The position numbers and the translations under genes were made by a program. A stretch of 46,542 nt of DNA. Origin: Candidatus Saccharimonadota bacterium (GTDB taxonomy: Bacteria > Patescibacteriota > Saccharimonadia > Saccharimonadales > UBA10212). Location: contig JACPKG010000003.1 of NCBI GenBank assembly GCA_016187175.1, positions 1-46,542 of the forward strand, written 5' to 3'. The notes under the pieces were generated by a model, which worked only from the letters and a program-made list of their open reading frames with translations, ran no database searches and was not told the DNA's origin. Within the stretch, counting starts at the first letter, position 1. Every line of letters begins with the position of its first letter. Positions 38,496-46,542 of the stretch are shown in pieces.

Positions 38496-39560
38496 GTGCT
38501 GGTAGCAGTGACTATTTTGGGGATTTTGTGTGTGGCTTTACTGGCGTTGGTGGTTTGGAAAATTCTGCTCAAGCCCAGCGATAGCAACTCGGCATTGCTG
38601 CTTAAAGCCGACTTGACCCAAATTAGTGAAAACGTCACCATGCTCAACGAAAACCTGCAGAAAAAACTGACCGAACAACTCGGAAGTAGTAATAAACAAA
38701 TGGCTGCCCAGTATGCGCAGAGCGCCAAAATAATCCGCGACGTCACCCAAAAACTGACAGAGTTGGATCGAACCAACAAAAATGTTGGCGACATTGCTGG
38801 TGAGCTAAAAAGTTTGCAAAATGTCCTGCAAAATCCTAAGCAGCGCGGTGTACTTGGCGAGTATTACCTGGAGCAGATTCTAAAGAACGTCTTACCCCCT
38901 GGGACCTTCCAATTGCAATATAAATTAGGCGAAGGTACGACTGTGGACGCAGTGGTTTGGATAGACGATAAAATCTTGCCAATCGACAGCAAATTTTCGC
39001 TGGAAAACTATAACCGCTTAATTGACTGCAAGGACGAAGAACGTCCGGCGCTGGAGAGGGCCTTCAAAGAGGACTTGAAGCGGCGTATCGATGAAACTTC
39101 AAAATACATCAAACCGAGCAAAGGAACTTTAGACCAAGCCCTGATGTTTATACCTAGTGAGGCGATTTATTATGACTTGCTGGCCAATAAAGTCGGCTTG
39201 GGCGGTGTTAGTGGCCGTAACTTGATGCAATACGCGGCGGCTGATAAAAAAGTTACCATCGTCGGGCCCAGTACTCTTTCGGCTATGCTGCAGATTATCG
39301 TCCAGGGACTGCGCTCCATCGAGATTCACAAAGACACCGAAAAAATCCGCAAAAATATCGAGCAGCTAAGTAAGCATTTGGTATCCCATAACGGCTATAT
39401 GCAAAAGCTTGGCAATTCTCTTGGTACGACAGTTGGGCATTTTAATGTGACCTACAAAGAACTGGGCAAAATCGACAAAGACGTAGTTAAAATCGCCGAG
39501 ACTAGTCCCAGCGTCGAGCCGATGCTCCTCGACCGCCCCAATCTCGACGAAGACGAGTAA
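38496..39560 (+). CDS. rmuC: DNA recombination protein RmuC
   Basis: N-terminal TM, coiled coil, RGVLGE..LE.IL, PIDSKF, MFIPSE, GPSTL. Confidence 0.94.
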   Translation: MLVAVTILGILCVALLALVVWKILLKPSDSNSALLLKADLTQISENVTMLNENLQKKLTEQLGSSNKQMAAQYAQSAKIIRDVTQKLTELDRTNKNVGDIAGELKSLQNVLQNPKQRGVLGEYYLEQILKNVLPPGTFQLQYKLGEGTTVDAVVWIDDKILPIDSKFSLENYNRLIDCKDEERPALERAFKEDLKRRIDETSKYIKPSKGTLDQALMFIPSEAIYYDLLANKVGLGGVSGRNLMQYAAADKKVTIVGPSTLSAMLQIIVQGLRSIEIHKDTEKIRKNIEQLSKHLVSHNGYMQKLGNSLGTTVGHFNVTYKELGKIDKDVVKIAETSPSVEPMLLDRPNLDEDE

Positions 39561-39562
39561 TT

Positions 39563-39851
39563 TCAATCTTTATCATCGCCCACAACTTTAACCTCGTAGC
39601 TTTCGACTAATGGATTCACTAATACTGCGGTCTCTGTGCATATTACTCCGACCAATACGGCAAGCTTCTGTAGGATCTATATCCTGCGGTAAGACCAACT
39701 CATAGAGGCGCCCTATTCGTACATTGTTTACATTAAAACCCAAAGGTGATTTCAGCACTAGTTCTACTGCTTCGCCTTCTGGATCTAGCATACCTTCTTT
39801 TGGTAGCACCAGAACCTCAATTCTTAAGCCGCTAAAAGGTGCTTCACTCAT
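39563..39851 (-). pseudogene. purS: PurS-like protein with a frameshift near 39675
   Basis: PKEGMLDPEGEAV and VRIGR in one frame; C-terminal LVNPLVESYEV in the +1 frame, ending at TGA 39565-39563. Confidence 0.75.
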
Positions 39852-39914
39852 TAATCTAATCTAAAATTATGAGACTGAAGCTGCCTGCGGTCAATTATCG
39901 GTCGTAAAGAGCTA

Positions 39915-39972
39915 ACTGGTCTGTGCTTACAAGGATTGCATACAAGGATTATCCTTGTAAGCACAGACCAGT
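39915..39972. repeat. Left REP palindrome of the RAYT
   Basis: Perfect 22-bp arms actggtctgtgcttacaaggat/atccttgtaagcacagaccagt with an extra tacaaggat inside. Confidence 0.93.
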
Positions 39973-39989
39973 GTGCGTATATTGGAAGT

Positions 39990-40637
39990 ATGCCTAGTAA
40001 AAACACGGTTAAAGAATTTGACGTTGATCAAATGTGGCATGTCTATAATCGTGGAGTCGAAAAACGGATGATTTTTATGGACGACCTTGACTACAGAGTT
40101 CTCCTAAGTTATCTGAAAATAGCTCTTGGACCTGAAATACCTAAAGAAACTGTTAATTTAGATTTGGCTCAAGTATTTAACTTGCGCAGAGCCCATCTTC
40201 ATTCCGAAGTCGAGCTGGTAGCTTACTGTTTAATGCCCAATCATTTTCACCTGTTGCTTTATCAGTATTCGCCAGACGGGATTTCTAAATTAATGCGCTC
40301 TATTAGCACCGGTTACGTTATGTATTTTAATAAACGCTACAAACGCGAAGGCCGGCTTTTTCAAGGAACCTATAAAGCTTCACACATAAGTAGTGACCAA
40401 TACTGGCTCCATGCTAGTCGATACATACATCTAAATCCACTTGACGCCAAAGAAGACTATAAGATCTATCCGTATAGTAGTTACAAGTATTTTGCGGGTA
40501 AACAAAGACCTAAATGGCTCCATCCAGAATGGATCACCAAAAGCTTTATTGGAACGGAGGAGTATAAGACCTTTGTGGCAGATTACCAATCCTATAAATA
40601 TGAACTCGATAGCCTCAAAAAACAACTTGCTGCTTAG
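39990..40637 (+). CDS. REP-associated tyrosine transposase (RAYT, Y1 HUH family)
   Basis: HVYNRG, YCLMPNHFHLL (HUH), GRLFQG.Y, RYIHLNP (catalytic Tyr), YPYSS. Confidence 0.93.
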   Translation: MPSKNTVKEFDVDQMWHVYNRGVEKRMIFMDDLDYRVLLSYLKIALGPEIPKETVNLDLAQVFNLRRAHLHSEVELVAYCLMPNHFHLLLYQYSPDGISKLMRSISTGYVMYFNKRYKREGRLFQGTYKASHISSDQYWLHASRYIHLNPLDAKEDYKIYPYSSYKYFAGKQRPKWLHPEWITKSFIGTEEYKTFVADYQSYKYELDSLKKQLAA

Positions 40638-40639
40638 CT

Positions 40640-40670
40640 CTTGCCTACAAGGATTATCCTTGTAAGCAAG
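40640..40670. repeat. Right REP palindrome of the RAYT
   Basis: cttgcctacaaggat-t-atccttgtaagcaag; core tacaaggattatccttgta identical to the left copy. Confidence 0.93.
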
Positions 40671-40681
40671 GATGTTAATTA

Positions 40682-42007
40682 TTAGGATTTGAGGAAGTCG
40701 ATTGTAAGAGCGGCGGTCCAGGAAAAGTTTGGCGCGCCGGCCGGTTCGGCATCGGTAGGGCTAAAGTATTCCCAGATGCCGCTTTTTGCGACGAGTTCTA
40801 AACCTTTTCTTCGTAAATTTTCAGCTTCATCATCGAAGCCGTATCTTTTAAGGCCGTCAATGATCAACCAATTGGTATTTATCCAAGTTGGTCCCTGCCA
40901 GTACTTAAGAGGGTCAAAGTATGATGAACTGAGCGGCACGCTAGGCACTGGCCAGTTGGCCCTAAACCACTTGCGGCTGCTTAACAGCTCTACCAAGCGG
41001 GCAGCCTTCTCTTTGGTGATACAGCCGGCGTAAAGCGGTAAAAGTGTAGCGATTGTTGGCTCTTCGATCAATTTATGGCTGATAAAACTGCGGCTGTAGT
41101 AAATACCAGCCGCTTCGTCCCAAAGATGATCCAGTGCTGCGATTGACCTTATCATTGCTAGAGAAAGTTCGTCAGGTAGCGGACGGCCAACCGTTTCGGC
41201 TATTTTTCGCAAGTGTTCGTTGGCGCGGATCAAGATGCAGTTAAACGCTAAATCTTCAACGGCAAATAAAGCCCGGCTCATAATAGCCTCTGAGTTGTAG
41301 GCGTGGCGCCTCAAGCGATGCAAGGCCGACCACTGAACCATTGCCTCAATGTTGCTTATTCTTTGGCCGGGGGGGATATGGCGCGTATCACGCCTGACTA
41401 GCTCGACTACGCCGTCAAGATGTAGTTTTTCAATCAGCCGAACCCACCATGGCATACTGTGCTTGCGCATTTCGCTGATCCAGGGCGGCGAATTATCCAG
41501 GCCCGCCTCATAGGGGTGCAGTAGTATGATCAACCCTTCTTTATGCGGATCCCTGTCGGTGTACAACCATTCATGATAGCGCAGTAATGAGGGGAACATC
41601 ATTTTGTACCAAGTCCGGCGTTCGGGTAATTTCATTTTTTCACCGACGCGAACCACGGCTTCAGCTAGCATCGGCGGCTGTGTTATTCCGCTAGTGGCAA
41701 CATTATCTGGTGCATAAGGGTTCACATAGCTGCGACAAAGCTCTCGGTCACGATGAAATTCGCGGCCATCTGAAAATATAATGTTGGGCAGCATGCCGTT
41801 GCTCCATTGCCCGCGCAGCAGACTGCGAAGCTCAGTTTGGGCCCGCGCAATATCCAGGTGTCGCAGACCAATAGCGATGAAGCAGCTATCCCATAGCCAT
41901 TGATGAGGGTATAAATCACCGGCCGGTACAGTCCACGCCCCGCGGTCGTTGTGCTTCAAGACCTCTTCGGCTTTTTCAAGCAGATCGCTGTTTGTGTCAT
42001 CGCTCAT
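40682..42007 (-). CDS. GH63/MGH1-like (alpha/alpha)6 glycoside hydrolase, glucosylglycerate/mannosylglycerate hydrolase-like
   Basis: YPHQWLWDS, SGITQPP, EAGLDNSP, YWQGPTWINTNW, EYF, FSWTAAL. Confidence 0.88.
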   Translation of the reverse strand: MSDDTNSDLLEKAEEVLKHNDRGAWTVPAGDLYPHQWLWDSCFIAIGLRHLDIARAQTELRSLLRGQWSNGMLPNIIFSDGREFHRDRELCRSYVNPYAPDNVATSGITQPPMLAEAVVRVGEKMKLPERRTWYKMMFPSLLRYHEWLYTDRDPHKEGLIILLHPYEAGLDNSPPWISEMRKHSMPWWVRLIEKLHLDGVVELVRRDTRHIPPGQRISNIEAMVQWSALHRLRRHAYNSEAIMSRALFAVEDLAFNCILIRANEHLRKIAETVGRPLPDELSLAMIRSIAALDHLWDEAAGIYYSRSFISHKLIEEPTIATLLPLYAGCITKEKAARLVELLSSRKWFRANWPVPSVPLSSSYFDPLKYWQGPTWINTNWLIIDGLKRYGFDDEAENLRRKGLELVAKSGIWEYFSPTDAEPAGAPNFSWTAALTIDFLKS

Positions 42008-42031
42008 TATTGCTTTAAGTATACCGAGAAA

Positions 42032-42059
42032 AGGTTATAGGTTACAGGTTGTAGGTTAC
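42032..42059. repeat. 7-bp array in a divergent promoter region
   Basis: aggttat aggttac aggttgt aggttac; reverse complement of the 19621-19692 unit. Confidence 0.85.
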
Positions 42060-42086
42060 AGTAGTCGCATTTATACTAATGAGAGC

Positions 42087-43115
42087 ATGGAGTATAAAAA
42101 TCCGGATGTAGTTAAAGTGGTGAAACAGCTTAAGGCGAAGTTCGATAAGCTGGAGGATAAGCGGGCTATTTTACGCTCGCCAGAACTAGGCGCACTTTTT
42201 GAGCGAATAAAAACTTTGCCAACCGGCAAAGCCCGCGCCGACTTCGGCAAAGAAGTAAACAAACTGAAACAAGAGCTCGAAGCTCTTGTTTCAGCAGCAA
42301 TAAGCAATAAGCAAAAAGCAAAAAGCACTCCGATTGACGTGACGGCGCCTTTTGATATTAACGTCCCGGCAGAGCTGCGGCCAAAGTTACTCACTGCCGA
42401 CAACGGTAGCCGGCATCCACTAATGACTGAACTAGAAAATATTTTGGGTATTTTTGCCCGTATGGGTTTTGTGGCTATTGAATCGCGTGAACTGGATGAT
42501 GATTATCATATGTTCGGCTCGCTGAACTTTCCCAAAGACCATCCAGCCCGCGATGAATACGATACATTTGTAACTGATGAAGACCTAGTGGCACCGGCCC
42601 ATACTTCGATAATGCAAAACCGAGTCTTTAAGAGTATGGAAATCCCCATCCGGGTAGTAATTCCAGGCCGATGTTTCCGTAATGAAGACGTTGATGCACG
42701 GCATGACCATACTTTTTATCAGCTCGAAGGCGTGTATGTAGACAGAGGTATACATGCCGGTCATCTGATTGCTACGCTCAAGACTTTTTTTAAGGAATAC
42801 TTCCAAAAAGACGTAGGGGTTAAGACGCAGCCATTTTACTTTCCGTTTACCGAACCGAGTTTTGAATTCGCTGCTAGCTGTCCATTTTGTGACCAAAAAG
42901 GCTGCAATATATGTTCATATTCAGGTTGGATTGAGCTATTAGGCTGCGGATTAATCCACCCAAATGTGCTGCGCGAAGGCGGCATCGACCCAACACAGTA
43001 CACCGGCTTCGCGTGGGGCGGCGGGATTGAACGCTTAGTAATGATCAAATACGGCATTGAGGATATCCGTTACTTTCACTCCGGCAATCTAAAATTTCTG
43101 AGACAATTTTCATGA
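42087..43115 (+). CDS. pheS: Phenylalanyl-tRNA synthetase alpha
   Basis: HPARD..DTF, HTS, GRCFRNE, FYQLEG, YFPFTEPS, GFAWGGGIER. Confidence 0.98.
   Translation: MEYKNPDVVKVVKQLKAKFDKLEDKRAILRSPELGALFERIKTLPTGKARADFGKEVNKLKQELEALVSAAISNKQKAKSTPIDVTAPFDINVPAELRPKLLTADNGSRHPLMTELENILGIFARMGFVAIESRELDDDYHMFGSLNFPKDHPARDEYDTFVTDEDLVAPAHTSIMQNRVFKSMEIPIRVVIPGRCFRNEDVDARHDHTFYQLEGVYVDRGIHAGHLIATLKTFFKEYFQKDVGVKTQPFYFPFTEPSFEFAASCPFCDQKGCNICSYSGWIELLGCGLIHPNVLREGGIDPTQYTGFAWGGGIERLVMIKYGIEDIRYFHSGNLKFLRQFS
42294..42328 (+). repeat. 7-bp array inside pheS
   Basis: gcagcaa taagcaa taagcaa aaagcaa aaagcac. Confidence 0.85.
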
Positions 43116-43453
43116 AACAGGTCACTAAAATTTCGTTGGCAGAGCTTAAGAAAATGGCCGAAAAAATGTATGGTTCTATCGTTAAGGCAGATGTTGACGT
43201 TACCAAAAAAATAGTACTGGTTGATATGGATCTCCACTCCGACGGCGAAGCTTATCTAATGGAACATGGTTCAAAACAAGAGGATATGTGGGGTATTAAT
43301 CTGCAGCCGGATAAATACGGTACTAATGAATTTGTAGAGTTTGATTCTATGATCAACTATAAATCTAGCCAAGGCAATGACTCCAGAGGGGTTAATGATA
43401 AGGGCACCAGGAATAAAATAATTGAGCTCATTGAGGAAACGGTCCATGAATAG
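43112..43453 (+). CDS. DUF5674-like protein
   Basis: VKADVDV, LHSDGE..L, GSKQEDMWGIN, EFDSMIN, QGN.SRGV; family recalled from memory. Confidence 0.8.
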   Translation: MKQVTKISLAELKKMAEKMYGSIVKADVDVTKKIVLVDMDLHSDGEAYLMEHGSKQEDMWGINLQPDKYGTNEFVEFDSMINYKSSQGNDSRGVNDKGTRNKIIELIEETVHE

Positions 43454-43766
43454 ACACACAATAGATAAAAACCGCTGGGCCAAGATGACTGTCTTCGAGC
43501 AAATGGGTAATATCGGCTCAGAAGTTGGCCGGGCGTTATCAGCTAAACATCGCGGCGATATGGTCAGTATGAAAGCGGCCCTTTTTCGGGGGCTGGACTT
43601 AATAGATATTACAGCTGAACTTTGGGCCAAAAAATACCCTTATAGGAATAAAGAACTATTACGCTCGCGCGAATTTTTTGTGCAAAGTATAGTTACGGAT
43701 AATGAAGATACAACTTTAGAGAAATATTTTACGGAATTTGCCGTAGCAGCGAGGCTTCATCGATGA
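43446..43766 (+). CDS. Helical hypothetical protein coupled to the DUF5674-like gene
   Basis: RW..MT.FEQMGNIGSEVGRA, ELLRSRE; start overlaps the upstream gene. Confidence 0.8.
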   Translation: MNRHTIDKNRWAKMTVFEQMGNIGSEVGRALSAKHRGDMVSMKAALFRGLDLIDITAELWAKKYPYRNKELLRSREFFVQSIVTDNEDTTLEKYFTEFAVAARLHR

Positions 43767-43942
43767 GCAACAAGGAGCAATTCTACCAATGCCCAGAGTG
43801 CGGCCTGCATTATCGAAGCGAAGAGACTGCCAAAAAATGCCAAGCATTTTGTAAGGAGAATAAAGCTTGCAGTATGGAAATTGCCAAAAAAGCCGTAGAG
43901 TACGAGCTTCGAGAGAAAGAAGTGTCCGATGAATCCCGTTAG
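43763..43942 (+). CDS. 59-aa CPxCG zinc-finger-like microprotein (absent from ORF track)
   Basis: MSNKEQFYQCPECGLHYRSEETAKKCQAFCKENKACSMEIAKKAV...; ATGA overlap with the upstream stop. Confidence 0.8.
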   Translation: MSNKEQFYQCPECGLHYRSEETAKKCQAFCKENKACSMEIAKKAVEYELREKEVSDESR

Positions 43943-44043
43943 ACCTCAGCCCCACATTACCGGTGTACATATGATCGTTGGCGATGACTCTGGCTATCCA
44001 ACGCTATTTGGGGGATATGAAGTGGAGGGTGAAGTCTAACGGG

Positions 44044-46542
44044 ATGAAAGTTAGCGTTAATTGGATTAGAAAAATTATCGAGCAGGACCATGTTTCGGCT
44101 GATCCGATGCCGGATGGTATTGACGCGTTGGTCGAGAAAATTGGCGCCCAGTTAGGCGCAGTCGAAGAGGTTATTGATGTTGGTAAAAAATACCAAGGCA
44201 TTGTCGTCGCCAAAGTTATCTCCTGCGAAAAGCATCCAAACGCCGACAAGCTAAGTGTATGCCTAATTGATGATGCCAAAGCAGTTAAAGGCGTTAGGCG
44301 TGATGCTAAAGGTTTGGTGCAGGTTGTTTGTGGCGCGCCAAATGTCGCTGCCGACCAGCTGGTGGCCTGGATCCCGCCCGGCGTTGCCGTGCCTTCAACC
44401 GTTGATAAAGAACCTTTTGTCCTGGAAGCGCGAAATATTAGAGGTGTTATTAGCAGCGGTATGATTGCCAGCCTCAAAGAGCTGGCCTTGGGAGAAGATC
44501 ACACAGGGATTTTAGTTATTGACCAACCCACCAAAGCAGGTCAGCCATTCGCCGAAGTTTACAAATTGGACGACTTCATTATCGATATCGAAAACAAGAT
44601 GTTCACTCACCGTCCGGATTTATTTGGGCAATTAGGTATTGTTCGTGAACTGGCGGGAATCCAACAGCATGTTTTCAAAAGCCCGGACTGGTACAAAGAG
44701 AATCCGCAACTGCCTAAACCAAATGGCGTAGCCACTCATAAGTTAAGTGTCAAAAACGACACGCCACAGTTGGTGTCCAGATTTACAGTCGTGGTTTTGA
44801 AAGATGTTAAAGTCGGTTCCAGTCCGCTTTGGCTTAAGGTGCGTTTAAGTAATGTAGGAGTAAAATCTGTCAACAACATTGTCGACATAACAAACTTTCT
44901 GATGCTAGAAACGGCCCAGCCGCTGCATGCTTATGATTACGACAAACTGCTAATGCAGCAGAGCCAAGAGCCAAGAGCCAAGAGCCAAGAAGTTACCATC
45001 GGAGTAAGGCTGGCCGAGGCCGGCGAAGAACTGACAGTTTTGGGTGGTAAGAGATTAAAGCTAAACAAAAACGATATTGTCATTACCTCGGCCGACAAGC
45101 CGATTGGTTTAGGCGGCATAATGGGCGGAGCAGATACGGAAGTCAATGAGGCTACGACCAATATTGCTTTGGAAGTTGGTAATTTCGATATGAATACCAT
45201 TCGCACGTCAGCCATGCGCCATGGCCTGTTTACCGAAGCCGCCACTAGGTTCACCAAGAACCAGAGCTCGCGCCAGAACCTGGCGGTAGCTGTGAAAGCC
45301 ATTGATGAAATAAAACGTTTGGCCGGCGGCCGCCAAGCCAGCCCGATCATCGACGATAGACACTTTCATGTCAAAGCCGTTACCGTAAACGTGATACCCC
45401 AATTCATCAATGAACGTTTAGGCCTTGACCTCAGCACTGCCCGAATTAAGAAATTGCTGGAAAATGTCGAGTTTAAAGTTGAGACCAGTGGCGAAACATT
45501 AAAGATCGAAGCGCCTTTTTGGCGGACTGACATAGAAATTCCCGAAGACATTGTTGAAGAAGTTGGCCGGCTGTACGGCTACGAGCATCTGCCACTGGCA
45601 TTACCCGGCAAAGATCTCACTCCGGCAGCCAAAAATGAAACACTGGATTTCAAGCAACGCGCCCGTGATATACTGTCGGCCGCTGGCGCCAACGAGGCTT
45701 TAACATACAGTTTTATCCATAGTTCACTGATAGAAAAAGCCGGCCAAGACGTTAAAGATGCCTACCATATTCGCAACGCACTCAGCCCAGACTTGCAATA
45801 TTACCGGTTGAGTTTGGCACCCAGCTTGCTAGAGAAAGTCCATCCTAACATCAAAGAAGGCTTTGAGGACCTTTCATTATTCGAAATAGGCCGTGCTCAT
45901 GTAAGAGGTGTAGTGGATGAAGAAAAGCTGCCTATGGAGCTGGAGAGGCTTTGTCTGGTTGTTGCCAAAAACAGGTCACGAAAAGAGGCCGGCGCACCAT
46001 ATTTTGCGGCTAAAAAACAACTGGAAAACCTACTGCACAGTGTGGGTATCCATTCAATGGTCTACGAGCCGCTGAGCAAAGACCTGCCTATGCAATGGCA
46101 AGCGGCAGCTAGTGCCTACGAACCCAAACGAACTGCGGTAATTTATCCTAATTATCATAAAAAAGAAGTTATTGGTTTAATTGGCGAGCCTAGCCAAGCC
46201 CTAAAACAGTCACTGAAATTACCGACTTTTATCGCCGGAGCTGAGTTAGACATTGAAGTTTTGATTAAAAACGCTAAGCCACTCGATTATTATCCGCTTA
46301 ATAAATTCCCAGCCATCGAGCAGGACATTTGTCTGCGTAGCAGTAACAATCTGTCTTATGGGGAGCTGACAAATTTTGTATTAGGTACATTAGGCAAAAT
46401 AGCCGACGAACATGGCTTCTTTCATTGGCTCAGCCCAGTCGACATTTACCAAAAGCCTAACGACAAAGCCCACAAACAAACAACCTGGCACATTGGTCTG
46501 TCGCACCCGAAAAAAACCCTAACTACTGCAGAGGCGAATAAA
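44044..46542 (+). CDS. pheT: Phenylalanyl-tRNA synthetase beta, 3' partial (absent from ORF track)
   Basis: HPNADKL, VCGAPN, HRPD, NNIVDITN, QPLHAYD, RTDIEIPEDIVEEVGRLYGY; frame runs off the window. Confidence 0.97.
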   Translation, partial: MKVSVNWIRKIIEQDHVSADPMPDGIDALVEKIGAQLGAVEEVIDVGKKYQGIVVAKVISCEKHPNADKLSVCLIDDAKAVKGVRRDAKGLVQVVCGAPNVAADQLVAWIPPGVAVPSTVDKEPFVLEARNIRGVISSGMIASLKELALGEDHTGILVIDQPTKAGQPFAEVYKLDDFIIDIENKMFTHRPDLFGQLGIVRELAGIQQHVFKSPDWYKENPQLPKPNGVATHKLSVKNDTPQLVSRFTVVVLKDVKVGSSPLWLKVRLSNVGVKSVNNIVDITNFLMLETAQPLHAYDYDKLLMQQSQEPRAKSQEVTIGVRLAEAGEELTVLGGKRLKLNKNDIVITSADKPIGLGGIMGGADTEVNEATTNIALEVGNFDMNTIRTSAMRHGLFTEAATRFTKNQSSRQNLAVAVKAIDEIKRLAGGRQASPIIDDRHFHVKAVTVNVIPQFINERLGLDLSTARIKKLLENVEFKVETSGETLKIEAPFWRTDIEIPEDIVEEVGRLYGYEHLPLALPGKDLTPAAKNETLDFKQRARDILSAAGANEALTYSFIHSSLIEKAGQDVKDAYHIRNALSPDLQYYRLSLAPSLLEKVHPNIKEGFEDLSLFEIGRAHVRGVVDEEKLPMELERLCLVVAKNRSRKEAGAPYFAAKKQLENLLHSVGIHSMVYEPLSKDLPMQWQAAASAYEPKRTAVIYPNYHKKEVIGLIGEPSQALKQSLKLPTFIAGAELDIEVLIKNAKPLDYYPLNKFPAIEQDICLRSSNNLSYGELTNFVLGTLGKIADEHGFFHWLSPVDIYQKPNDKAHKQTTWHIGLSHPKKTLTTAEANK
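44960..44990 (+). repeat. 7-bp array inside pheT
   Basis: agagcca x4 + aga, encoding SQEPRAKSQE. Confidence 0.9.

Noticed and set aside
41949-42086. 46-aa N-terminal extension of PheS
   Set aside because: Overlaps the divergent gene and a heptamer array; ATG 42087 follows a TATACT box
42268-42290. 10-bp dyad aacaagagct-cga-agctcttgtt in pheS
   Set aside because: Encodes ordinary helix sequence KQELEALV and matches no repeat family here; probably chance
44004-45551. Short track ORFs in this interval
   Set aside because: All are shadows of pheT, which the track missed because it has no stop in the window

Overview
A 46.5 kb chromosomal segment from a small-genome bacterium. Gene order and protein style (leuS-rpmF-nusB-NUDIX-rnc-rpsP-khpA-trmD with no rimM, zinc-free bL32, short ATP synthase delta) point to Patescibacteria/Saccharimonadia (CPR); this is an inference. 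Core genes: leuS (5' partial), nusB, rnc, rpsP, trmD, sod, a complete atpBEFHAGDC operon, zwf, rarA, metK, ndh, fur/ZIP, rmuC, pheS and pheT (3' partial). An accessory block after tRNA-Gln (about 8.5-18.1 kb) holds a GH130-like gene, ilvB with a leader-peptide attenuator, a decaying VIT1 gene, a dead IS1595 and an aspartokinase-hom-asd operon. The most striking signal is a two-layer repeat system. Degenerate 7-bp tandem arrays are scattered through genes and spacers. Short REP-like hairpins of 24-48 nt (multiples of 3, several ending GGACRRG) are inserted precisely into those arrays, into each other, in-frame into housekeeping proteins and into the SAM-I riboswitch of metK. A REP-associated tyrosine transposase with its own palindromes lies in the same window. 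Frameshifts in leuS, rarA and purS may be assembly errors. All calls come from reading the sequence by eye; no database searches were run.
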